Source of the DNA: Anaerolineae bacterium
Lineage (GTDB): Bacteria; Chloroflexota; Anaerolineae; Aggregatilineales; Phototrophicaceae
Assembly: GCA_041751455.1 (NCBI GenBank)
Contig: JBGSXK010000217.1
Span: 69,526 to 133,525, forward strand
Direction: 5' to 3'
DNA: 64,000 bases
Part shown: piece after piece, positions 28,765 to 38,288 of the stretch
How the letters are laid out: every line of letters begins with the position of its first letter
Numbering within the stretch: the stretch's first letter is position 1
The notes under the pieces: generated by a model
Database searches by the model: none
What the model saw: only the letters and a program-made list of their open reading frames with translations
What the model was told of the DNA's origin: nothing
Made by a program: the position numbers and the translations under genes

Positions 28765-28850
28765 CGTTCTTGCCGTGGCAAAAATAAAATCATCTTTAAT
28801 CTCCTCGCACCCCATAACGAGATGCGAGGAAGTACACGCTAAAGACGAGA

Positions 28851-29423
28851 TTATTGGGTAGTGGCAACCGACTCTAACCAGTAGCGGTTATAGCCATAGA
28901 TGCTCCAGACTTGGCTCTCAGAAGCCCAGCCGACCAGCCCACCACCGTAATCAATCAGATACCACGCTAACGGGCCATAACCCGCGCAGATCGGGCCATC
29001 CAGCACTGTAAACTGTGCCGGGCTGTAAATTACACGGATCGCGGGGCCTGCCGGGTAGTAACGTAATGTGCTGAAGCGCTCTGCGATACGTCCCTGTTCG
29101 CCAATCGCCAGCCGGACAGGTAGCGAACCTGCGCATTCCCCGGTTGGGTACGACGGATAACCATAACCGTAGCCATAACCATATTCATAAGCATAAGCCC
29201 CACCCTGTCCCAGATCACCAGGGGCGGGAATAGCCGTTGCAAATACTTCTGGCGGGCAGCCTGTCATATTCAGACCACCACCCGGCGCAGGAAGATCAGG
29301 GCATTGATCGACAGCATCCGGGATACCATCGCCGTCAGTATCAGTCTGCTGAGCGAGGCCGGGGGTGACCATTAGTGCCAGCAAAACAAGTAAAGTGAGG
29401 AGTAGTGCAGCAGGTTTACGCAT
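28851..29423 (-). CDS. Secreted protein with a thrombospondin-type-3 Ca-binding repeat, a YG repeat and an SH3-like C-terminal domain
   Basis: Signal peptide. DTDGDGIPDAVDQCPD. AYAYEYGYGYGYGYPSY. C-terminal LRYYPAGPAIRVIY...GWASES. GGAGG lies 7 nt before the ATG. Confidence 0.65.
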   Translation of the reverse strand: MRKPAALLLTLLVLLALMVTPGLAQQTDTDGDGIPDAVDQCPDLPAPGGGLNMTGCPPEVFATAIPAPGDLGQGGAYAYEYGYGYGYGYPSYPTGECAGSLPVRLAIGEQGRIAERFSTLRYYPAGPAIRVIYSPAQFTVLDGPICAGYGPLAWYLIDYGGGLVGWASESQVWSIYGYNRYWLESVATTQ

Positions 29424-29504
29424 AGAGAATCCTCCAAATTATGCTTAAGCAATCCGGTAAGTTGTTTACTTACGGCAGATACCCTCTATTATAGTAATCT
29501 TATT

Positions 29505-29569
29505 AAAACAGGCCAGCGAACCGCCTGTCATCTGTCTTTAGGCGGAGTTTGTGGCTGTAGGCCTGTTTT
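29505..29569 (-). terminator. Nested hairpin terminator of malate synthase gene
   Basis: Outer arms AAAACAGGCC (29505-29514) and GGCCTGTTTT (29560-29569) overlap the stop codon. Inner stem is CCGCC (29521-29525) with GGCGG (29541-29545). On the minus strand the structure is followed by TTTTAAT. Confidence 0.55.
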
Positions 29570-31139
29570 AAGGCAGATGCTCGTAAGCCAGATAAGTCAG
29601 AAATTCGATAAATTCCTTCGGTAGCACCAGTTGGTCAAGCACATCGCTCGCCTCTCGATAATGCTCCGTGTCCGGGCCTCCCAGTTTTGCCAGTTCTTCT
29701 TCCCTAATGCGGTTGTAAAGCGAATTGTCTACAATCCGCCCATCATCCAGTTTTGCGCCATGATGCAGCCACTGCCACACCTGCGCCCGCGAGATTTCTG
29801 CTGTAGCGACATCTTCCATTAAATTGTAGATCGCTGCCGCCCCGTTGCCGCCAAACCAGGCATTAAGATATTGCAGCGCCACGCTGATATTGGTGCGCAG
29901 CCCGGCCTCGGTGATCGTGCCGCCCGGTACAGGAATGTCATAAAGATCACGCGCCTGCACCTGCACATCTTCCCGCAGTCGTTCCTTCTGGTGTGGCTTG
30001 TCAACCAGTGCCTGCTCGAAAATCGCCCGCGCGACTGGCACCAGGTCAGGATGCGCGACCCACGTACCATCGAACCCGTCTCCTGCCTCGCGAGTCTTAT
30101 CCTCCTGTACTTTTGCCAGCGCGACCCGGTTCACTTCCGCATCCCGGCGGCTGGGGATAAACGCTGCCATGCCACCAATCGCATGTGCGCCGCGTTTATG
30201 GCAGGTGCGCACCAGCAGTTCGGTATAGGCGCGCATAAATGGCGCGGTCATCGTCACCTGTGCCCGGTCAGGCAGCATGAAATCGGCCCGGTGTGCGAAC
30301 TTCTTAATGACGCTGAAGATGTAATCCCAGCGTCCGGCATTACAACCCGCCGAGTGGTCGCGCAGTTCATAAAGAATTTCCTCAATCTCAAACGCCGCCA
30401 GGATAGTCTCAATCAACACCGTCGCACGGATCGTCCCGCGTGGCACGCCCAGCGCATCCTGCGCGGCATTAAAGACCTCGTTCCACAGGCGCGCTTCCAG
30501 GTGGCTTTCCAGCTTGGGCAGATAAAAATAAGGGCCGCTCCCCTGTTCGATAAGCGCGTGGGCATTGTGATAAAAATACAACCCGAAGTCGAACAGGCTG
30601 GCCGAAACAGGCTGACCGTCCACCAGCACATGCTTTTCGACCAGGTGCCAGCCGCGTGGACGCACCAGCAGCACCGCCGTTTGCGCGTTCAGCGTGTACA
30701 TACGGCCATCCGGGTTTTCAAATGTGATCTCGCGGCGGATGGCATCACGCATATTAATCTGCCCCTGTACCACCAGCGGCCAGTGCGGCGCAAGCGAATC
30801 TTCAAAATCCGCCATGAACATATCCGCGCCGGAATTCAGCGCGTTAATCATCATCTTGCGATCTGCCGGCCCGGTGATCTCCACCCAGCGTTTTTGCAGA
30901 TCCGGCGGCGTGGGCGCGACCTGCCATTCCCCCGCACGGATTTCTGCGGTTTCTGGCAGGAAATCGGGCATCACGCCAGCTCTGAGTGCAGCCTGTCGTC
31001 CTGTTCGCTCTGCCAGTAGGCTCTCCCGACGGGCATTAAACTGGCGGTGCAGCCCGCCGATAAAATCCAGCGCAGGGGCGGTGAGAATCTCGTCAAAACC
31101 AGGCATCATCGTGCCCAGGACTTCAACTAGGGTAGTCAT
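29568..31139 (-). CDS. aceB: Malate synthase A
   Basis: Collinear by eye with E. coli AceB: [53 protein letters not shown] and [12 protein letters not shown]. Confidence 0.92.
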   Translation of the reverse strand: MTTLVEVLGTMMPGFDEILTAPALDFIGGLHRQFNARRESLLAERTGRQAALRAGVMPDFLPETAEIRAGEWQVAPTPPDLQKRWVEITGPADRKMMINALNSGADMFMADFEDSLAPHWPLVVQGQINMRDAIRREITFENPDGRMYTLNAQTAVLLVRPRGWHLVEKHVLVDGQPVSASLFDFGLYFYHNAHALIEQGSGPYFYLPKLESHLEARLWNEVFNAAQDALGVPRGTIRATVLIETILAAFEIEEILYELRDHSAGCNAGRWDYIFSVIKKFAHRADFMLPDRAQVTMTAPFMRAYTELLVRTCHKRGAHAIGGMAAFIPSRRDAEVNRVALAKVQEDKTREAGDGFDGTWVAHPDLVPVARAIFEQALVDKPHQKERLREDVQVQARDLYDIPVPGGTITEAGLRTNISVALQYLNAWFGGNGAAAIYNLMEDVATAEISRAQVWQWLHHGAKLDDGRIVDNSLYNRIREEELAKLGGPDTEHYREASDVLDQLVLPKEFIEFLTYLAYEHLP

Positions 31140-31428
31140 GCCATATTTCCCGGAGAGTAGATAATAAATATCAGCACAAAGCCTACATCATGTGCTGCCG
31201 AATGGCAAAATCACAGCGCAGTCCACCTTGCAGGTCTGTTGCAACCAGGGTGGAATTGCACTTGTGGGCTTGATTGGACTTGCATCACTGGCATAAGATG
31301 GGCAAAATCTGACCGTGAACGATCACATTTCTGTTCATAGTAGTTGAAATAATGCCGGACTGTTACAGGCTTTAACCGTCTTGGCACATCTTTATTGAAT
31401 AAATATGCTTGTATATAGGTAAATAAAT

Positions 31429-32487
31429 ATGCTGTTGAGCAGACAACGCTTGTTTTTCCTTATAGGCTTTCTCATACCTTTGGCCGTGAGCTGCTCCGGT
31501 TTTTCTCAACCACCCCCCACTCCCACCCCCATCCCGCGTGCAGCCGCTTCTACCCGCCCCACCTACCAGGTCCAGCAGGGCGAGGTGATCTCGCAGTTGC
31601 AGTTTACCGGGCGCATTACGCCGGTCAATCAGGTGGAATTGGCGTTTGGCTCTGCCGGGCGCGTGCGCGAAGTGTATGTGACTGAAGGCGAGGATGTCAC
31701 CGCCGGGATGCTGCTGGCCGATCTGACCATCATCGAGGAACTCGAACAGCGCAAAATCGCGGATGAGCTGGCGCTGCGTCGGGCTGAGCTGGAGCTTGAA
31801 AATGCTCGCTTAGAGCTGGACATCACGCGCAGCAGCGCCGAAGGCGACCACCGCAACGACCAGATCAAAATCCGCGAGAACAACGTCGCCCTGGCGGAAA
31901 TTAAAATGGAAGAAGTCCAGTTGACCATCCGTGATCTGGAGGCAGCCATTAATGCCGCGCAGGTGTTCGCGCCCTTTGAGGGGCGGGTGCTGACAGTGGG
32001 CACCTCCGCAGGCCGTCAGGTGGATGCGTCTTCGACAGTGTTTGTGATCGGTGATATGAGCGCGCTGGAAGTGGCGGGAATGCTGCAAACCGACCGGATG
32101 CGCAGCCTGGAAGAGGGTATGACGGTCAGAGTACAGTCCTCGCGCAGGCCAGAAATCCGTGTGGATGGCATGATCCGCCGTCTGCCCTATCTGGGCAGCG
32201 AAGCAGGCAGCGACGACCCCGCAGTGCGGATTACACTGGACGTAAACGCCGAGGAAGCCGGTCTGCAATTAGGCGATCAGGTCGATATTACCCTCGTGCT
32301 CCAGCAAAAAGAGAATGTGCTCTGGCTGCCACAGCAGGCCATCCGCGCCTTTGAAAATGTCTCGTTTGTGGTGGTGCGCGATGGCGACATCGAACATCGT
32401 GAGGATGTGGTGCTCGGTCTTCAGGGGGGTGGACGTGTGGAAATCGTGGAGGGGCTGGAATCCGGTCAGGTGGTGGTTGGGCCATGA
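31429..32487 (+). CDS. Efflux-pump periplasmic adaptor (HlyD/MacA family), probable lipoprotein
   Basis: Signal peptide with Cys (PLAVSC). A barrel-sandwich, coiled-coil hairpin and barrel arrangement (GRITPVNQVELAF...long EL-rich helix...APFEGRVL). Confidence 0.8.
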   Translation: MLLSRQRLFFLIGFLIPLAVSCSGFSQPPPTPTPIPRAAASTRPTYQVQQGEVISQLQFTGRITPVNQVELAFGSAGRVREVYVTEGEDVTAGMLLADLTIIEELEQRKIADELALRRAELELENARLELDITRSSAEGDHRNDQIKIRENNVALAEIKMEEVQLTIRDLEAAINAAQVFAPFEGRVLTVGTSAGRQVDASSTVFVIGDMSALEVAGMLQTDRMRSLEEGMTVRVQSSRRPEIRVDGMIRRLPYLGSEAGSDDPAVRITLDVNAEEAGLQLGDQVDITLVLQQKENVLWLPQQAIRAFENVSFVVVRDGDIEHREDVVLGLQGGGRVEIVEGLESGQVVVGP

Positions 32488-35321
32488 GCATCGTGGGTCG
32501 GCTGCGCGCCATCATCCTGCTGGTATACAAACGCATTCTCTCGCAACCCGGCTTATCATTGGCTTCCTTCGCCGGGTTGGTGATTGCCATGGCCATCACC
32601 ATGAGTATCCCTATCTACACTGATGCGGTCTACTATCAGACCTTTATCAAAAGTGTGGTCGAGGTCGATACCAGCGGTGCGACCCTCCCCCGCCCGCCGT
32701 TTGCCTTCATGTTCCGTTATGGCGATGGCCTCAACAACCCGGTGCAGCTTGAAGACACCTTTGGCATCGACGAGTATCTCACTACATCGCTTGCGGGTGA
32801 ATTCGGCCTGCCCCTGAACTTTGCTGTTCGCCATTATCGCAGCGAACCTTACCCACTCTATCCACAGGGAGCAGCGGTTACGCTGGACTCGGCGGCAGCA
32901 GTCGGCTGGAGTCATGTCTCATCAGTCACGGACATCGAAGAACATATCACGCTTTTAGGCGGCAGTCACCCTGTCGTGAGCGCCGAAAATGATGAAGATC
33001 CGATGGAAGTCCTGGTCAGCCGTGTGCTGGCCGAAAAACTCACCCTGACAGTGGGCGATAACTTCTTCCTCTACCTGCGTGATCGCAATTCCGACGGCAT
33101 CTGGGTCACGATTTCGCTGCCGGTGCGCATTGCGGGGGTCTGGGAAGCCACCGACCCGGCAGACCCTTTCTGGCTGGTGCGGCCAGCCGTCTTTGATGAA
33201 CATCTGCTCGTCCCGGAGGAGACATTTATCCAGCGCCTCAGCCCGCTCATCCCGGATGAGATTTATGGCGTGGTCTGGTATCTGGTCTTTGATGGCGATA
33301 ATGTCAGTCATAGTGTTGTGGGTGGGCTGGTAGAGCGTATCAACAGCGCGCAGCAGCGCACCAGTGCCCTGCTGCCGGGGGTGCGTCTGCTGGTTTCTCC
33401 CAGGGATCAACTGGTGACGTACCTGCGCGATGCCAACATCCTCAATGCGCTCTTGTTTGCTTTTGGCGTGCCCGTCATCGGCCTGCTGTTAATGTTTATC
33501 GTGCTGACTCGTGTGCTTGCCCTGGAGCAGCGCCGCAACGAGATCGCTGTATTGCGCAGCCGCGGTGCCATGCGTCTGCAAATGATCGGTGTTGGGCTGC
33601 TGGAGGAACTGCTGTTGGGTGGGCTGGCGCTGCTGGCGGCGGTGCCTCTGGCCGTAGCACTGGCAAATCTGATGGGACAAACCCGCAGTTTTCTCAATTT
33701 TGGCAGTGAAGCGCGCGAAATGCGTGTCTTACTCTCACCGACTGTGCTGCTGGCTGGCGTGATCATCCTCCTCATCGCACTGCTGGCACAGCTTGTACCC
33801 ACCTTAGGCGCCTCACGCCACACGGTCATTACCTATAAGCAGGAACGCGCGCGCTGGCAGCAGCGCCCTCTATGGCAGCGCCTGTGGCTCGATATCTTGC
33901 TGCTGATCCCGGTGGCCTATGGAGCCTATCTGCTGCGGCAGCAGGGCAGCTTGGCCGTCATGGATAACGAAATCAGCCGCAATCTGTTCGAGAATCCTCT
34001 GCTCTTTCTGGTCCCATCTATCGGTTTGCTGGCGCTGGCGCTGCTTTTCCTGCGCCTGATGCCGCTGCTTCTGGGCGCGGTGACTTGGCTGGTGGCGCAC
34101 ACCCCCAGTGTGGCACTGCTGATGGCAGCACGTCAGTTGGCACGCACACCCGGCCTGTACAGCACCCCCCTGCTGCTGCTGGTACTCACGCTCAGCCTCT
34201 CGGCCTTTACCGCCTCGCTGGCGCAAACACTGGACACGCATCTTGTGCATCAGTCCTATTATCTGGTAGGCGCAGACCTGACATTTTCCGACTTTGGCGA
34301 AGATCAGACACCAGGGCAGGAAGCCGCCCCCGGCAGCGGCCCAAACTGGATTTTTCGCCCCGTGTCGGATTATGTCCAGGCGACCGGGGCACAGGCCGCC
34401 ACCCGCGTAGGAGCCTATCCCGCTGTGGCGACCCTGGCAGGGAATTCGGTCAGAGGCGGTTTTGTCGGTGTGGATCGCTTCGATTTTTCCAGCATTGCCT
34501 TCTGGCGTGGGGATTTCGCGGGGGAAAGCCTGGGCGGGTTAATGAACATTCTGGCGCTCAACCCGGACGGCCTGTTGATGCCCGCTGAGTTTATGGCGCG
34601 TTATTCGCTGCAATTGGGCGATGTCGTGCGGGTGGTGGTAGATGCCTATAATTATCGTTCTGTGCTGGATTTACGTATTGTCGGCACCTTTGATCTGTTC
34701 CCCACCTATGTCCCGGCAGATGGCCCTCTCTATGTGGGCAACCTCGACTATTTCTTCGAGCGGGCGGGCGCGCCTTTCCCCTATCAGGTCTGGCTGAAGC
34801 TGGAAGGTGACGCCCCGGTCACTATAGGGGCAGCCACCGTGCGCCTGCCGGAAAATCGCATCATCAGCGGCCAGCAGCGCCCGGAGCGTCAGGGGATTTT
34901 TGGGATGCTTTCGGTAGGCTTTCTGGCCGCCTCTGCCCTGACAGTGATCGGTTTCCTGCTCTATGTGCTGTTTTCCTTCCGGCGGCGTTTGATCGAGATG
35001 GGTGTGCTGCGGGCGGTAGGGCTTTCACGCGGGCAGATGGCCGCCTATCTGGCCTGGGAGCTGGCCTTCCTCACGCTGCTTGGGGCCACCGCCGGGACAC
35101 TGCTCGGCATCTGGACGAGTACGCTCTTTATCCCCTATATGCAGATCGACTCCGGCCCCACGACAGGCATCCCTCCTGTGCTGCCAGAGATCGCCTGGTC
35201 GGCCATCTTCCGCATTTATATCCTGTTCCTCAGCCTGTTTCTGGTGGGGCTGGCGGGCATGGCTTTCTCGCTGCGCCGTATGAAAATTTTCCAGGCGATC
35301 AAAATGGGAGAAACCGCATGA
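32484..35321 (+). CDS. Large FtsX/MacB-type ABC permease with two FtsX-like modules
   Basis: 945 aa. Two TM bundles are each preceded by large extracytoplasmic segments. Repeated motif L(E/Q)RR.E(I/M)(A/G)VLR..G. ATGA overlaps at both ends. Confidence 0.8.
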   Translation: MSIVGRLRAIILLVYKRILSQPGLSLASFAGLVIAMAITMSIPIYTDAVYYQTFIKSVVEVDTSGATLPRPPFAFMFRYGDGLNNPVQLEDTFGIDEYLTTSLAGEFGLPLNFAVRHYRSEPYPLYPQGAAVTLDSAAAVGWSHVSSVTDIEEHITLLGGSHPVVSAENDEDPMEVLVSRVLAEKLTLTVGDNFFLYLRDRNSDGIWVTISLPVRIAGVWEATDPADPFWLVRPAVFDEHLLVPEETFIQRLSPLIPDEIYGVVWYLVFDGDNVSHSVVGGLVERINSAQQRTSALLPGVRLLVSPRDQLVTYLRDANILNALLFAFGVPVIGLLLMFIVLTRVLALEQRRNEIAVLRSRGAMRLQMIGVGLLEELLLGGLALLAAVPLAVALANLMGQTRSFLNFGSEAREMRVLLSPTVLLAGVIILLIALLAQLVPTLGASRHTVITYKQERARWQQRPLWQRLWLDILLLIPVAYGAYLLRQQGSLAVMDNEISRNLFENPLLFLVPSIGLLALALLFLRLMPLLLGAVTWLVAHTPSVALLMAARQLARTPGLYSTPLLLLVLTLSLSAFTASLAQTLDTHLVHQSYYLVGADLTFSDFGEDQTPGQEAAPGSGPNWIFRPVSDYVQATGAQAATRVGAYPAVATLAGNSVRGGFVGVDRFDFSSIAFWRGDFAGESLGGLMNILALNPDGLLMPAEFMARYSLQLGDVVRVVVDAYNYRSVLDLRIVGTFDLFPTYVPADGPLYVGNLDYFFERAGAPFPYQVWLKLEGDAPVTIGAATVRLPENRIISGQQRPERQGIFGMLSVGFLAASALTVIGFLLYVLFSFRRRLIEMGVLRAVGLSRGQMAAYLAWELAFLTLLGATAGTLLGIWTSTLFIPYMQIDSGPTTGIPPVLPEIAWSAIFRIYILFLSLFLVGLAGMAFSLRRMKIFQAIKMGETA

Positions 35322-36304
35322 CTGCTCAGGAACCCTTTATCGTTTGTGATAATCTGGTCAAGATTTACAAGGTTGCCAATCTGGAAACCGTCGCGCTTCA
35401 GGGGCTTGATCTGGTGGTCGCGCCCGGTGAGCTTATCGGGATGGTGGGTGTCAGCGGCAGCGGTAAATCCACCCTGATGAACATCCTCGGTGGGCTGGAT
35501 CGTCCTTCTGCCGGGCGTGTCTGGGTGGGGGGCTACGACCTCTTGAAAATCTCCGACTCCGACCTCAACCATTACCGCCGTGCGATGGTCGGCTTTGTCT
35601 GGCAGCAGAGCGCGCGCAACCTCATTCCCTATCTCACCGCGCAGGAAAATGTCGAGCTGCCGCTGACATTGGCGGGCACTGGCGGCGCAGAGATGCGTGA
35701 ATGGGCGCTGCATTTGCTGGATGCGGTGGGGCTGGCACAGCGCCGCCGCCACCATTTATCAGAGCTTTCTGGTGGCGAGCAGCAGCGCGTCTCGATTGCG
35801 GTAGCCCTGGCGAACCGCCCGCAGTTGTTGCTGGCCGACGAACCTACAGGCGAGGTGGATAGCGAAACTGCCCTCAGAATTTATGATACCTTCCAGAGGC
35901 TCAACCGCGACATGCACCTGACCACCGTCATCGTCAGCCACGACCCGGCCATTGCCCGTCATGTAGACCGCGTCGTAGCGATCCGTGATGGCCGGCTGGC
36001 GGCGGAAACCGTCCGCCAGGGGCGCGAGCGCCACAGCGAGAACGCCCAGGACGAGGTCTTTGAAGAACTGACAGTACTGGATGCCGCGGGCAGGCTTCAG
36101 GTGCCCAAAGAGATGCTGGGGCAGCTCAATATCAGAGGCCGTGTCCGGCTTGAACTGACGGAACAGGGCATTCTCATTAAACCGGTAGAAAACAGCGATC
36201 ATGCCGAAGGCGCGGAAGCGCTGGTCGATGATCTGGCACAACAGCGCCCGGCGCGCGGGCTGTGGGGGGCGCTGCGCCGCCTGCGAGGAGGGAGTCAGGC
36301 ATGA
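35318..36304 (+). CDS. ABC ATPase (MacB/LolD type) with a C-terminal AbrB/SpoVT-like extension
   Basis: Walker A GVSGSGKST, signature LSGGEQQR, Walker B LLLADEPTGEVD. An extra ~100 aa includes VLDAAGRLQVPKEMLGQLNIRGRVRLELTEQGILIKP. Confidence 0.85.
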   Translation: MTAQEPFIVCDNLVKIYKVANLETVALQGLDLVVAPGELIGMVGVSGSGKSTLMNILGGLDRPSAGRVWVGGYDLLKISDSDLNHYRRAMVGFVWQQSARNLIPYLTAQENVELPLTLAGTGGAEMREWALHLLDAVGLAQRRRHHLSELSGGEQQRVSIAVALANRPQLLLADEPTGEVDSETALRIYDTFQRLNRDMHLTTVIVSHDPAIARHVDRVVAIRDGRLAAETVRQGRERHSENAQDEVFEELTVLDAAGRLQVPKEMLGQLNIRGRVRLELTEQGILIKPVENSDHAEGAEALVDDLAQQRPARGLWGALRRLRGGSQA

Positions 36305-36981
36305 CTGACGCAGTTCTACAGGCACATGACCTGTGGCGGGTTTATAAACGTGGTGCGGAGGAAGTGCCCGCCCTGCGCGGTGTACACCTCAGCATCGAAA
36401 GTGGGCGTTTGATCGTCCTGAAAGGACGCTCTGGCAGTGGCAAAACCACCCTGTTGAATATTCTTGGCGGGCTGGATCGTCCCACCTCCGGGACAGTACA
36501 GATTTTCGGGCGTGACCTTGCTACGCTCAGTGATGACGAAATGACCCGCTGGCGGCGTGATCGGGTGGGCTTTGTCTTTCAATCATTCGGCCTGCTCCCT
36601 ACCCTCTCGGCTTATGAAAACGTCGAACTCATGCTGCGCCTGACCGGAGCCAGCGGTAAGACGCGTCATGCCCGCACCCTTCACTGCCTTAATCTGGTGG
36701 GTCTGGCCAAACGTATCCATCATCGCCCCTACGAACTCTCTGGTGGCCAGCAGCAGCGTGTAGCGGTGGCGCGCGCGCTTGCCAATCAGCCGCAGTTGAT
36801 CCTCGCCGACGAGCCAACCGGTGAGCTGGACAGCGTGACAGCGAGTGATATTCTCGCCCTCTTCCGGCAGATTGTCGAAGGCGAAGGTGTGACTGTCCTC
36901 ATGACCTCGCACGACGTGCTGGTAGAGGATTATGCCCATGCTGTCTTACAGCTCAGAGACGGACAGATCACAGGGGCCTGA
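36301..36981 (+). CDS. ABC ATPase (MacB/LolD type), second copy
   Basis: Walker A GRSGSGKTT, signature LSGGQQQR, Walker B LILADEPTGELD. The ATG overlaps the upstream stop (ATGA). Confidence 0.85.
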   Translation: MTDAVLQAHDLWRVYKRGAEEVPALRGVHLSIESGRLIVLKGRSGSGKTTLLNILGGLDRPTSGTVQIFGRDLATLSDDEMTRWRRDRVGFVFQSFGLLPTLSAYENVELMLRLTGASGKTRHARTLHCLNLVGLAKRIHHRPYELSGGQQQRVAVARALANQPQLILADEPTGELDSVTASDILALFRQIVEGEGVTVLMTSHDVLVEDYAHAVLQLRDGQITGA

Positions 36982-36994
36982 GCCAATCAAAAAT

Positions 36995-37024
36995 TTGACA
37001 GCCATACAAATTTGCGGTTACTAT
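36995..37024 (+). promoter_or_regulatory. Sigma-70-like promoter candidate for the LacI/sugar ABC operon
   Basis: TTGACA (36995-37000), an 18-nt spacer, then TACTAT (37019-37024). Confidence 0.4.
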
Positions 37025-37030
37025 AAACCT

Positions 37031-37042
37031 GTGAACGTTCAC
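37031..37042. promoter_or_regulatory. Perfect 12-bp palindrome with CG centre, LacI-family operator candidate
   Basis: GTGAACGTTCAC lies immediately downstream of the candidate -10 and 125 nt upstream of the LacI gene. Confidence 0.45.
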
Positions 37043-37166
37043 GGTAAAAACAGCACTGGCATTTTATCCAGTGTTTTAAAGAGCTGGTGAAAGGTGCGGC
37101 ATAACAAACGTCGCCCGCTCCGGCTGAAATTTTTGTGATCGCTTACGGACGAATAAAAAGATTTTT

Positions 37167-38192
37167 ATGAAAAAAGTAACTATTCGCGATGTTGCCAGCC
37201 ACGCGGGCGTGTCTTACCAGACCGTATCCCGCGTGATTAACAATCACCCCGACGTGGCCGAGCAGACTCGTGAACACGTACTGCAAATTGTCCGTGACCT
37301 GGATTATCACCCCAATGCGACAGCCCGAAATCTTGTGACCCGTAAACCTAATACCTTTGGCCTCATTGCCGGGGATTTCGGCGAGTATTTTTTCACACAG
37401 GTCATCATCGGCGCAGAGCGCGAAGCCCGCAAAAACGACTTTTTCTTTATGCTGGGCATTACGGAGAGCAAACCCCAGGATGAACCCGAATACTTCAGGA
37501 TGATGGCCGAGCAGCCCGTTGCCGGAATCCTCTTTGCTCGCCCTAGCCCAAAGCTTTGGCCCGATAACCAGCATATCGAAGACCTGCTGGACAGGGGGAT
37601 GCCGCTGGTGACGGTGGCCTATCATAATCTGACAGGCAGCCATATCGTGGTCGATGTGGACAATATTCAGGGCGGGCTGCTGGCCACACGCTGTCTGGTC
37701 GAGGCTGGGCACCGCCGCATTGGCATGATTACGGGAATGCCGGGCTGGCAGGCCGCCGGAGATCGCGCATTGGGCTACCGTAAGGCGCTGGAAGAAGCCC
37801 AGATCCCCCACGTCCCCGATTTAATCGAACCCGGTGACTGGTCCTATCGCAGTGGCGACCTTGCCGCCCAGCGCCTCCTCAGGCGCATCCCGGATTTAAC
37901 CGCTCTTTTCGTGCAAAGCGATCAGATGGCAATCGGCGCGATGGCCGCGCTGCGCACTGCCGGATACAGCATCCCCGAAGATATTGCCGTCATGGGCTAT
38001 GATGATCTGCCTGTAGCCCAGTATGCCTACCCTGCCCTCTCCACCATTCGCCAGCCCATGCAGGAACTCGGCCAGTTGGCCGCCAGCCTGTTGATAGATG
38101 CCACCAAAAATCCTGCTTCCGGTAAAAAGACCGTACTCTTACAACCAGAGCTTATTCGTCGCGATTCCTGTGGGACACGCCCACCGCCCTGA
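37167..38192 (+). CDS. LacI-family transcriptional regulator
   Basis: HTH VTIRDVASHAGVSYQTVSRVINN plus a periplasmic-binding-protein-like effector domain. Confidence 0.9.
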   Translation: MKKVTIRDVASHAGVSYQTVSRVINNHPDVAEQTREHVLQIVRDLDYHPNATARNLVTRKPNTFGLIAGDFGEYFFTQVIIGAEREARKNDFFFMLGITESKPQDEPEYFRMMAEQPVAGILFARPSPKLWPDNQHIEDLLDRGMPLVTVAYHNLTGSHIVVDVDNIQGGLLATRCLVEAGHRRIGMITGMPGWQAAGDRALGYRKALEEAQIPHVPDLIEPGDWSYRSGDLAAQRLLRRIPDLTALFVQSDQMAIGAMAALRTAGYSIPEDIAVMGYDDLPVAQYAYPALSTIRQPMQELGQLAASLLIDATKNPASGKKTVLLQPELIRRDSCGTRPPP

Positions 38193-38288
38193 CCATCACA
38201 AACAAAAGGAGGGAAAACTTAAAAATTGCCCAGAAGAGTAACCTTATCCGAAAAAAATCAATCTTTTAGCCCGAAAGGTTTAGCACAG

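Noticed and set aside
28643-28861. A 72-aa ORF in the 334-bp gap between the multi-GAF kinase and the TSP3 protein gene.
   Set aside because: It spans two terminator-like hairpins and an AT-rich promoter region. It has no RBS or motif, so it is probably non-coding. Short repeats there (ATAAATCAT and AGTACATGG, each present twice) were too short to interpret.
29871-31019. Long antisense or out-of-frame ORFs inside clearly assigned genes. Examples are 1920-2618(-), 16584-17336(+), 26921-27784(+), 29871-31019(+), 37143-37811(-), 43399-44466(+), 44554-45615(+), 52320-53090(-) and 57611-58414(-).
   Set aside because: These are typical shadow ORFs of GC-rich DNA. Their translations are Arg/His/Gln/Pro-rich with no motifs, while the opposite or other frame carries strong family signatures.
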